Source of the DNA: Histomonas meleagridis 2922-C6/04-290x
Lineage: Eukaryota > Protista > Parabasalia
Assembly: GCA_020184695.1 (NCBI GenBank)
Contig: JAANOX010000254.1
Span: 1 to 64,000, forward strand
DNA: 64,000 bases
Direction: 5' to 3'
Under the pieces are notes generated by a model. It saw nothing but the letters and a program-made list of their open reading frames with translations. It searched no databases and was not told where the DNA came from. Below, one piece after another: positions 41,224 through 51,152 of the stretch. A program made the position numbers and the translations under genes. The first letter of the stretch is position 1. Each line of letters starts with the position of its first letter.

Positions 41224-44200
41224 TTAAGGTCTTAAGGCCGCCACACAAGGCAAGAAAATCGTTTCCTTTAGCTTCGGATAGTTCGGATGCTGCGCCAATA
41301 TTTCCCTTGCTACCTTTATTGCTTCCACGGGGTCTTCGCCTTTCATATAATTAAACGCAAGTTTAAATCCGACTCCCAAATCTGTTTTGCACGAGAGCTC
41401 CCACGCATGCTTATAAGAGTCCGCAGCTTCCAAGTACTCCTTTTTCATTTCGAACAAATTCGCTCTCATTTCCCATGCTTTACCGCAACTTTGATTTAAT
41501 TCGATTGCCCTTTCAACGTATTTTATAGCTTCGTCGTATTGGTTTTCTTTTATTGATATGTGTGTCATGATTAGAAAAGCTTCAACAAAAACATTGATAT
41601 TTGAATTATTTGGTTTTCCATGAATTATACCATTTAAGTTTCTTGTAGCTTCTTTTTGTCTATCTAACCTAATGAAACATTTGCATCTGCCTATGATTAT
41701 GTTTAGGTCGTTATCATCACATTCATTATATATTTTTAATGCTTCGTTAACACTTTCATCAGTGTTTTGGGAGAGTAAAATTAATGCGTTGTATTGACGT
41801 ATATCATTTAAGTCAATTCGAGATAAAACTTTTTTAGCTGCTTCTAAATCCTTACTTGTAGCCAAAGGTTTTTTCTCACACCATACATATTTTCGATTAG
41901 GGTTCACGTATATTAAGAATATTAAAGTCAATGCTTGTGTATTCCATTCAGGGTCTGATCTACAAAGGTTTAAGTAATTTAAAGCTGTTTGGGGCGCCCC
42001 TTTGTAAATATTGTATAAACCTTGACAAAAGTTATAACCGGCGGATTCTGTTTCAACACATTTTTCAAACAATTCTTCAATTGAATTCAGTTCACCTGAC
42101 TGCGCCGACTTTTCGATAACTCTAACTAACGTTCTATAAAAAGTTGGCTTCTTCAAGAATATCTCTTTCAGATCATCATTCATATCAGAAGAGGATATAT
42201 CAGCAAGCATTAAAGCAGCTTCTTCGCAATCAGGGTTGGAGTTTAAAAGTTTTTGGCAAACGTTTTGACAACTTTCTTTATCATTATTTTCCAAATGTAA
42301 TTGCCCAAGTTTTAATAAAATTTTTGGTGAACCCGGATTAAATTCCAAAGCCTTTTCGAGTGCTTCTATAGCTTTTACCTTATCATTATTAATTGCTTGA
42401 ATTTCAGCGAATCTTTGATAAGCTATTGAAGCTTTATTTTTAATTTGTAATAATGAATCCATTGGTATATCGATTCTATTATTAGAAGTTAATTTATCAT
42501 AAATCGAAATTGCATCAGATAATTCATCAATACATTGTTCATAATCTTGATTTTTCTCATCGATATTACTTAATAACTCATAAAAATCGGCATATATCGA
42601 TTGCGATTCCCAATCATTTGTTTCAAGATTAATTTCATCCATTGAATCAGTTATTACATTTCTCGATTCTTCATAACGATGTAACTTAAATAACGCTTTG
42701 CAATATTCAAGTTGTGCATGGAAATCATTATGACTAACTTCAATAGCATGTTGATAAGCGTTTAAAGCAGAGTCATAATTATGTATAATCATTAATGAAC
42801 GAGCATATTGTAATGCTACGTTTGGATCATTAGGCTCAAAAGATAACGCAGATTTAAAGTATTTAACAACTTCATTAAATCGTTTGACTTTCATTAATGC
42901 TTCGCCTAATAATAAATAATTCGTTTTATTTGGTACAGTTTCGGCCATTTTCTTTAAACATTTAATATATGAAGTTTTATCATTAAGTTTTGTTAAATAT
43001 ATTTTCGCCGCTGTTTTATGTGCTTTTGAATATTGCGAACTTTTCGGATCAAATGTTTCAAGTATATTTAATCCTTCTGATATTTTTCCCATATTCGTAA
43101 GTAATGAACCTTGGAATAATTTAATTCGATCTTCATCAGGTGTATTTTTATATAATGATAATGCTTCAGTAATTATATTGATAGAATCTGTATATCGATT
43201 AAGTTTAGAATAACATCGAGCTAAGAATATTGATATATCAACTTTTTCGTTTTGTGATGACTTTTGATATTCCGAACTTTTAATTAAATCTTTAAGGATT
43301 TCAACTGATTTTTCATATTGACCACGCGCTTCAAATAATCGAGCATTTATCATATTATAACGTAATGATGAACGGATACCAAAATCAAATGAAACGGCTC
43401 TATTTAGTTCTTCTTCTGCATCATCATATTGTTTCATTTGTAATCGAATTTGCGCTAATAACAAATGACAATGTGATGCATTATAACCCCAATGTGATAT
43501 TAATACTTTTTGTATTGTCTTCGTCGCTTGGCTATATCGACCTTCACCGAATGCTAATATAGCTAAGAAATATGAAAATGGTATAGCGCCGGGTATAATA
43601 TCAATACAACGTTGAATAATATCACATAAAATTCCGTTTTGTGGATTAGATACTGTTTTATCTAATGTGTTACATTCATTCATCGCTTCATTTAAAGCAC
43701 TTGAAAATATGTTTAAGTCTAATGATAAATAATTATCAATAAAACGATCGATAATTGGTTTCTCACATGTTTCGCCACTTGCTCTTGATGTACTTGATTG
43801 AAATATTTGTTGTACATTATCAATGTGTTGATTCATACTTGAAATTAATGATGTAATATCAAATTGTAAATTTTGCTTTCGTGAAAATTGCGCCTTTAAT
43901 GTGCATAGTTCTAATGAGTTTTGTCCCCCAATAATTGCTTCAAGAAAATCAAGTTGATTTTGGGCTTCATTAAAATCATTTAATGAAATTTGTGAAGAGA
44001 TTAATCCAGTAAGTGCAATTAATGAGTCACTTGTATCAACTAAAGCATTTTGGAAACAATCTTTTGCTTCATTAGCTTTATTTGAATATAATAATAGATA
44101 ACCGTTTGTGATTTGGACATTTTGATCATCTTTATTATTACGCGAAATGGGCTCAAACGTGAGTAAACAACGTGAAACAATCTCAGGATCATGCCAACTT

Positions 44201-45090
44201 AAGCTTGTGATTAAATTCATTATTCGAGATACATATATTGGATTCTCATTCTCAATTTGATCAATACATTCACATAGATTATTAACATATTTTCGTGCTG
44301 AATCAAGATCGCCGGCTTGTGTAAGGGCATTAAGGACATTCATTAAATGGATGTCACAATCACTTGGACAATTACCCATGGCTTCTGATGCAGCTTCAAG
44401 TGCAAGGTCCCAATTATTCATTGCAATGTATATACGTGCACGTTCAAGTGATGCCTCTGGGAAATCATTATCAGATGATAATTGTACAAAAATTTGAAGG
44501 GCATCTTGCCATCGACTATTGTTAGCAAAGTACATAGCTTTCCCGTACATGACAAATGGATCTGTTGGCTTATTAGAAATGGATGAATCGACTGATGCCA
44601 TATCAAACCAACGACCACTGTTTCTATCAGCTGAAAAAAGTTTGATCCATCCGACAAGGGCTGCTGCAATTTTATTGGTAGGAGATTGTGTTGTCAATGA
44701 ATTAACAAAATTTAATGCTTCATTTGAATGTCCTGTTAACCATAAAATTTGGGCTGCTTGAACAACAGATGTAGCATTAGCTGATTTTTGTAGTTCTCCT
44801 ATATTTTGTTCAAGTTGCTCTATTGAAGCAAAATCTTGCATTTTTGCCATTTGATGAATACATAATTCAGCAACTGCTAAAGGTAAACCATTTGCTACTC
44901 TGTTTGTAATTCTTTGAAGTGTTTTAATGCCAGCACTAGTTTTTCCTTCTGCACCACTTGCTAGTGCATCCCATATTAAAAAAAGAGGATCCATTCCGTT
45001 TTCCTTTAAGAAGCCACTACATAGTTGATGGACATGTCCATACATTGATAATCTCCAGTAATAGTAAATACGTTCGAAGAAAAGCTTCAT
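41224..45090 (-). CDS. TTC21B: intraflagellar transport protein IFT139 / TTC21B
   Basis: TPR-rich, 1288 aa; N-terminal YYWR..YGHV..DPLF and C-terminal GFKLAFNYMK..AIKVAREILAQHPNYPKLKETIF..ALRP match IFT139. Confidence 0.9.
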   Translation of the reverse strand: MKLFFERIYYYWRLSMYGHVHQLCSGFLKENGMDPLFLIWDALASGAEGKTSAGIKTLQRITNRVANGLPLAVAELCIHQMAKMQDFASIEQLEQNIGELQKSANATSVVQAAQILWLTGHSNEALNFVNSLTTQSPTNKIAAALVGWIKLFSADRNSGRWFDMASVDSSISNKPTDPFVMYGKAMYFANNSRWQDALQIFVQLSSDNDFPEASLERARIYIAMNNWDLALEAASEAMGNCPSDCDIHLMNVLNALTQAGDLDSARKYVNNLCECIDQIENENPIYVSRIMNLITSLSWHDPEIVSRCLLTFEPISRNNKDDQNVQITNGYLLLYSNKANEAKDCFQNALVDTSDSLIALTGLISSQISLNDFNEAQNQLDFLEAIIGGQNSLELCTLKAQFSRKQNLQFDITSLISSMNQHIDNVQQIFQSSTSRASGETCEKPIIDRFIDNYLSLDLNIFSSALNEAMNECNTLDKTVSNPQNGILCDIIQRCIDIIPGAIPFSYFLAILAFGEGRYSQATKTIQKVLISHWGYNASHCHLLLAQIRLQMKQYDDAEEELNRAVSFDFGIRSSLRYNMINARLFEARGQYEKSVEILKDLIKSSEYQKSSQNEKVDISIFLARCYSKLNRYTDSINIITEALSLYKNTPDEDRIKLFQGSLLTNMGKISEGLNILETFDPKSSQYSKAHKTAAKIYLTKLNDKTSYIKCLKKMAETVPNKTNYLLLGEALMKVKRFNEVVKYFKSALSFEPNDPNVALQYARSLMIIHNYDSALNAYQHAIEVSHNDFHAQLEYCKALFKLHRYEESRNVITDSMDEINLETNDWESQSIYADFYELLSNIDEKNQDYEQCIDELSDAISIYDKLTSNNRIDIPMDSLLQIKNKASIAYQRFAEIQAINNDKVKAIEALEKALEFNPGSPKILLKLGQLHLENNDKESCQNVCQKLLNSNPDCEEAALMLADISSSDMNDDLKEIFLKKPTFYRTLVRVIEKSAQSGELNSIEELFEKCVETESAGYNFCQGLYNIYKGAPQTALNYLNLCRSDPEWNTQALTLIFLIYVNPNRKYVWCEKKPLATSKDLEAAKKVLSRIDLNDIRQYNALILLSQNTDESVNEALKIYNECDDNDLNIIIGRCKCFIRLDRQKEATRNLNGIIHGKPNNSNINVFVEAFLIMTHISIKENQYDEAIKYVERAIELNQSCGKAWEMRANLFEMKKEYLEAADSYKHAWELSCKTDLGVGFKLAFNYMKGEDPVEAIKVAREILAQHPNYPKLKETIFLPCVAALRP

Positions 45091-45169
45091 TGGAAATAGG
45101 TAACGTTCTATGTTTCAATTTTTCTATGAGTTTATCAAAAATTAACGTATTATCACTTTTTCATCAAAA

Positions 45170-45757
45170 ATGGAAGCAACAAAAGAACTTTGTTACTTGT
45201 GTTGTGAAGCACTTGAAAATAAAGTCAAAAGAATTAATAACAATAAAATCTTGAACCTTATGGATCCAAATGAAGCTAGACAATGCCCAATGTTTGTAAC
45301 TTGGAAAAAAGCAAATGGAAATCTTCGTGGATGTATTGGATGCTTTAATAATTTACCTTTGATTAATGGATTAAGAGAATATGCTGTTATTGCTGGTACA
45401 AAAGATCCAAGATTTTCACCAATAACTGAATCAGAATTATCTGGCTTGAAATGTGGAATTTCTCTTTTACATAGCTTCGAAAAAGTAGATAACGTATTAG
45501 ATTGGGAAGTAGGAGTTCATGGAATACGTTTATTTATTGATGGAGGATATCAAGCAACATTTCTTCCTGAAGTTGCAAAGGAACAAAACTGGACAAAAGA
45601 AGAAACCTTAAAAGAATTGGCTCTTAAGGCCGGATATTATGGCAAGTTCGATCAGCAAGCAATGAAAAAAGCAAAAATTGAAAGATATCAATCTTCAAAA
45701 TGTTCTGCAAAATGGTCAGAATACGAAGAATTCGTTAAAAGCCTTGGGTCTCAATAA
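45170..45757 (+). CDS. AMMECR1: AMMECR1 family protein
   Basis: PMFVTWKK..LRGCIGCF, DPRFSPI, ISLL, WEVGVHGI, ATFLPEVAKEQNW, RYQSSK. Confidence 0.93.
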   Translation: MEATKELCYLCCEALENKVKRINNNKILNLMDPNEARQCPMFVTWKKANGNLRGCIGCFNNLPLINGLREYAVIAGTKDPRFSPITESELSGLKCGISLLHSFEKVDNVLDWEVGVHGIRLFIDGGYQATFLPEVAKEQNWTKEETLKELALKAGYYGKFDQQAMKKAKIERYQSSKCSAKWSEYEEFVKSLGSQ

Positions 45758-45929
45758 AAAATCTCATGGCCGTATATAATTTTTAATTTTAATAACATCT
45801 TGCTAAATAAATTATTTTTGTTATTAGTAATTTCAACGAAAATAATGGAATGACTTTATTAGGCACTATGAAACATTAAATGCAAATTTCTATTGTGATA
45901 TCTCTTTTCATATTATAAAAGTTGTTGGA

Positions 45930-46190
45930 TGTCTTTTACATTGAAAAAGGAATCTTCAAGATCAGATTATTAAAATTATAATCTCAAAGCAAGAAAAGAA
46001 CTAGTTCTTTTTTGGAACGTGCGTTCGATGTTAATTATATGTTATATTTCAAAATGTATTTGGAAATTATTCAAATATTTTCAAGAAGCGATTATTGCTA
46101 CCAGAAATGGTATAGAAATAGTTGTATCGCTCCTCAAACGGAAAGAAGTTGATGGATCTGCTGAAATGTACATTAATTTTATACGATTTT
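45930..46190 (+). pseudogene. decayed ankyrin-gene relic carrying the intervening-element 3' motif
   Basis: ATTTGGAAATTATTCAAA (46058-46075) is 17/18 identical to 16894-16911 and is followed by ankyrin-like EAIIATRNGIEIVVSLLKRKEVD. Confidence 0.5.
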
Positions 46191-46194
46191 TATC

Positions 46195-46975
46195 ATGTCA
46201 ACATCAACTTTGTTTAATGGATGTTCATCATTAATATATTTAACAATTGGAAAAGTGAAAATACAAATCGCATCAGGTTTATTTAAATCATTTACTTCTT
46301 TAATAACTGTTACAATAAAAGCTGGAATTTTAATTGATACTTACGCATTTTATCAATTCACATCGTTACGTAATATCAATTTTGGCGAAAACCTAATTGA
46401 AATTGAATTATATAATTTAATATTATTATTTTTAAAAATACACAAATTTTGAAGAAGTAACAATTCCAAATTGAGTTACATTTCTTGAATTATGTTCATT
46501 TTCATTATGTCCATCATTCTAAATTTGGTGATAATTTTGAAACTATTCGTCCGTTAACAGTTCAAACTATTGGTGAATTTGCATTTAGCAAATGTTATTC
46601 ACTAGCGAATATTCAATTTAATGAAGGACTTGAAGGTATTTTGAGTAATGTATTTAAAGAATCTAAAGGAATTCAAGCAATTGTTATTCCTAATAGTGTT
46701 ACTACACTTGGCGACACGATATTTTTAGAATGTAATAATTTAAGTACTATTTTTATTGGATACAATATTACACGAATTAATTCTAATTTATTTCGTGGAT
46801 GTTAATCATTAGCATATGTTACTATTAATAAAAATGTAATTCAAATCAATTCAAATAAATTTAACTCTCATACATTTTTAATATATGTTACCATAAAAGA
46901 AGGCGCAAATAAAATCGGCGAATATGCATTTTATAAATGTTCATCGCTTTAGACAATAAATTATGCAAACAAAAT
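46195..46975 (+). pseudogene. BspA-like (TpLRR) leucine-rich-repeat pseudogene
   Basis: Fragments IGEFAFSKCYSLANIQF, IVIPNSVTTLGDTIFLECNNL, LFRGC*SL, IGEYAFYKCSSL*TI in several frames with stops. Confidence 0.8.
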
Positions 46976-48087
46976 AGTAACATCTACAACTTAGAAGTAA
47001 CATTTTCTGTTTTATAAATCAGAAGCATTTTATTTATACAATAATTTAAGTTGTGTTTATTATTGTGTTAATGAGCCAACAATTTCATATTATTTATTTT
47101 CGGGAGATATTTATTAACCGATTATTTGATTATTAATAATATATATTACATTAATCCTGTTAAGTAATTATAATAAATAAGTTATTAAAATCTGATATTT
47201 CTTTAATATTTTTGGAAAATCTGACCCTATTCTGAAGCTAATTTTGTAGAATGATAGTTAATTTATTATCAAATATCTCTTGCATGCATAAAAGTTATAA
47301 CCAAAAATAAAAAAAAAAAAATACAGGAACTCTTGCCTATTAAAACTTTTAGTATACATATTCTGTCATAATTCAAATTTTAATATTTTCAAAACATATT
47401 TTCTCATTATGAAATAAATTTATAATTTTTTTAAGTATTTAATCAGTTTATCATGGTGTTAAAAAGGTATTATAACAGATAAAAAAAATTATTACCCATT
47501 TGAACATAGCAACTTACTTGTTTTTTTACCAAATAATGAATTTTTATCAAAATAAATCCCTAAACAATAGATTTTATCTTTAATATAATATAGCATTTAC
47601 TTTCTTGCAATGCATTTATTATTCTAACAACATTGATGTAAAGATAACTAATCGAAAACTAAATAATAATAATAATAATAAAAGAATTCCATAATTCTTC
47701 GATAAAATTATCAAGTATTTGATAATTTTGAATAAACATATGAATGATGAGAATGAGAGATATTTTTCCTTTTGCCTAATTTTAGATTAAATAATTAATT
47801 GGAAATCATGATATAAATGTTAAAAATTATAACACTTGCAACAAAAAAACTACCAAAAGCACTTTCTTTTTTTGATGCTTATTTGAGTTTGACTTTGTTT
47901 TCAATAAGTATTTTGTCATTGTAAACATATTGTGAGAAAATGTAAAATATAAAGTAGTCATGAATTCAATTACGATACATGTAAAAATAAACTATAGAAA
48001 TAAAACCGCAATTTCGTTTCAAAAAGTGAAAATCGACTTTTTCATATAAATTTTATGATAATAACCGTTTTTTTTAGATGGATTTTT

Positions 48088-50128
48088 TTATTGACTATAA
48101 ATCAAATGTATTTTTTGACTCTTTATGTAAGCATTTAATAAATCAGCTATTTCTGGGGTTGCAACCATTAATGCTGTTTTAAATTATTGTTATAAACATC
48201 AAATTATTGGAATAAATTTCAAATTCTTGAAATAAATACATGTTGAATTAACATCAATTTCTTTGTTTTCTAAAAGTAATTTTACTATTTCTATATTATT
48301 ATTTCTAACTGCCATATGAAGTGCTGTTTCAAATTATTAAAACATATTTCAAATTATTAAAACATATTCCAAATTATTAAAACATATATAAAATTATTAA
48401 AACATATTCCAAATTATTAAAACATATATCAAAATATTAAAACATATTCCAAATTATTAAAACATATATCAAAATATTAAAACATATATAAAATTATTCA
48501 AATGAATATATTTTGCATTAACATCAATTCCTTCTTTATCTAAAAGTAATTTTACGATTTCAATATTATTATTTCTAACTGCTATATGAAGTGCTGTTTC
48601 AAATTATTAAAACATATTTCAAATTATTAAAACATATATAAAATTATTCAAATGAATAGTTTTTGCATTAACATCAATTCCTTCTTTATCTAAAAGTAAT
48701 TTTACGATTTCTATATTATTATTTCTAACTGCTATATGAAGTGCTGTCTCAAATTATTAAAACTTATTTTAAATTATTAAAACATATATAAAATTATTCA
48801 AATGAATATATTTTGCATTAACATCAATTCCTTTATCTAAAAGTAATTTCACTATTTCTCTATTGTTGTTTTTGACTGCTATATGAAGTACTGTTTCAAA
48901 TTATTAAAACATATTTCAAATTATTAAAACATATTTTAAATTATTAAAACATATATAAAATTATTAAAACATATTCTAAATTATTAAAACATATATAAAA
49001 TTATTAAAACATATATAAAATTATTAAAACATATTTTAAATTATTCAAATGAATATTTGTTGCATTAACATCAATTCCTTTCTGTTCAAGAATATATTTC
49101 ACTAGCTCGATATTTTCTGATTCCGAGGCATAAGCTAAAATATTTTTTGGAATTTGATTATTTAGGAGGAACTCTTTAACAAGATATAAGTTCCCATTGC
49201 TTGCTGATTTATTAATAATCGAATCATTGATTTGCATTCCTTCATCTATCAAAAATGAAAGAATTTCATAATTTCCACATTTTATACAAATACTGCCCAA
49301 GCGATCAATGCCTTGACCCAATTTTTCAAAATTCTTTTCATAAATATATTTAAAGATATCATTTCTATGAAATTCAATTGCTGTTTTATATGCACCTTCA
49401 AATGTCGCATGATTTTGTTCGCATTAATGTATGGTTTCAAAATTTCCACCTGCAATTGCATATTTACCTGTTTTTTCTAATTTAGAACCATTTAACATTA
49501 AGTATTTGAAACATTTAACTGATCCAAAAAATGCTGCATAATCAATTAATATCATTGTATGATTAATAAAAGAATATCTTTCACAATGTGATGGTTCAAT
49601 TGTTTGATTAAAATTAAAATCATTTTGAGATGATATTTCTTGAAGTTTTTCTATTTCGTCGTTTCTAATTATTTTTATGATATCATTTCTATTAATGTTT
49701 TCCGAAAAAGTTTCGCTTAATAAATCATCAAAATTATTTTCATTCATTTCCTTAATTAGGTAATCTGCTTCTTTCGTTTTGGCTTTAGATATATACTGCT
49801 TAAAGCACTTAAGAATATTTGGGAGACTTGCATTTACTTCTTTTTCTTTTGCTTGAATTGCTCTTAAATATTTTAAGTATATACAAACCTTTTTCCTTTG
49901 TGAATAAAATGAATTGTAAATTAAATTACATATAATAGAATTATATGTGTATGGATAATTTGTATCAAACAGTTCCATTGATTGTTGTACTGATAATTCA
50001 ATCTTTTCTTCTGTTAAATTGAATAAGATATCTTGAATTGATATCAGGAACTTCATAATCGTATATTCGCATGTATGATTTACACTTTGATTTTCATGCG
50101 TATCACTATTATTATCTTGCGTTTGCAT
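48088..50128 (-). pseudogene. DUF3447-type ankyrin gene, interrupted by one nonsense codon and five n x 20-nt inserts (pseudogene or non-canonically processed gene)
   Basis: ATG 50128; close similarity to the 2315-3925 paralogue; in-frame TAA 49426-49424 at a Leu position. Ankyrin segments 48894-48808, 48747-48658, 48597-48508 and 48327-48238; terminal segment TALMVATPEIADLLNAYIK...* ends at 48088. Confidence 0.8.
48178..49054 (-). repeat. nested repeat: 87-90-nt ankyrin segments alternating with arrays of a 20-nt unit
   Basis: Unit (+ strand) about ttcaaattattaaaacatat. Arrays: 48895-49054 (8 units), 48748-48807 (3), 48598-48657 (3), 48328-48507 (9), 48178-48237 (3, degenerate). Confidence 0.95.
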
Positions 50129-50584
50129 GGCAACAAAAACAAAATATGTGTGATCGCATTGAGTACTCAAAAAATTTTTTGACAATACAGAAACTATTCA
50201 AATTTTCTGAGAAATTCGCGGTTTTTTCACTCCACCAGAATCATGCTAACTACAATTTATGAGAAGTCAATTTTGATACATAAAAAAATCTTATACCTAT
50301 CAAAAAAAAATGTTCGTTGTTTCACAATTTCGTTCTTATCCAAAAAACGTCATGATGTTTAATACACAAGAGAAATTAGGCAAGTGTTACAACTTCTAAC
50401 AGTTAATCTTTTGTATCAATGATAATTTGCTTCGAAATAAAGAAACGACAGAATCAACATGAATTGTGCAGAGTATATGTATTAAACTGTGAAAATTATT
50501 TCTCTTCATGATATTCTACAGCTTTTTAAGCATCGAATGCATAAAACAAATGAAGAAAAACAAATTATTAAATGCATAAAATTT

Positions 50585-50788
50585 TTACCAAATTTTATAA
50601 TTTTCTTCAAATTCTTTCATGAGGCTTCTTAATAATTTCTCTTCATGTCTTGTTTGTGCTTCTTCAGCCTTTGGAAACGCATAAAGGAACTTTCGAAATT
50701 TATATACAGTTGAATCAAAATGCTGAAGACGATTAAAATGCTTATCAAATTTCCATTGGTGTAAAGGGCGCCCTGAAACACGATAAAT
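50585..50788 (-). other. ATG-less coding-like open frame (67 codons)
   Basis: IYRVSGRPLHQWKFDKHFNRLQHFDSTVYKFRKFLYAFPKAEEAQTRHEEKLLRSLMKEFEENYKIW*; A/T-ending codon bias like neighbouring genes. Confidence 0.4.
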
Positions 50789-51152
50789 TTAATATTGAAA
50801 TACATCTAATTTTTGTTTTATAAATTTTTAAATCAACCAATAAAATTAACATGAATAAGCTTCATTTTAACCTATTGAGCAGTATAAAAATAAAATAGGA
50901 ATAAAAAAATCCATGATTACAATTTAACTGATTCTATTATGGATTATTATTAATAAGAGAGTAATGATATCACCCAAAGTATTCAAAATCAACTCAAAAT
51001 AATATTAAATCAACTTAAAAATCTCAATCAATCCATGAAACAAGTCAAAAGATGATGAATGCATTGTTACAGAAATATTCATCGTGCCGGTTTAAGTGCT
51101 CAGAAAAATTGAAAAGAATTGTAACGCGATTTTGCGGTTCTAATCCAAAACG

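Noticed and set aside
47600-47680. Ankyrin-like peptide SNNIDVKITN
   Set aside because: Too short and AT-rich to separate from chance.
48178-49054. CRISPR-like repeat/spacer alternation
   Set aside because: The constant parts are ankyrin-coding and the variable parts are tandem copies of one 20-mer, not unique spacers; no cas genes; eukaryotic context.
48178-49054. Canonical GT-AG or U12 AT-AC splicing of the inserts
   Set aside because: Internal GT donors joined to ACAG do not restore the frame in four of five inserts; cutting at AT...AC gives the wrong frame; no ACTAAC branch or ATATCCTT donor.
1963-50791. Alternative genetic code (TAA/TAG = Gln) to explain in-frame stops at 1963, 46803, about 46950, 49424 and 50789
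   Set aside because: Well-conserved genes (CapZ, AMMECR1, IFT139, Mob1, LCB1) end at TAA where homologues end, and the 49424 stop aligns with Leu, not Gln.
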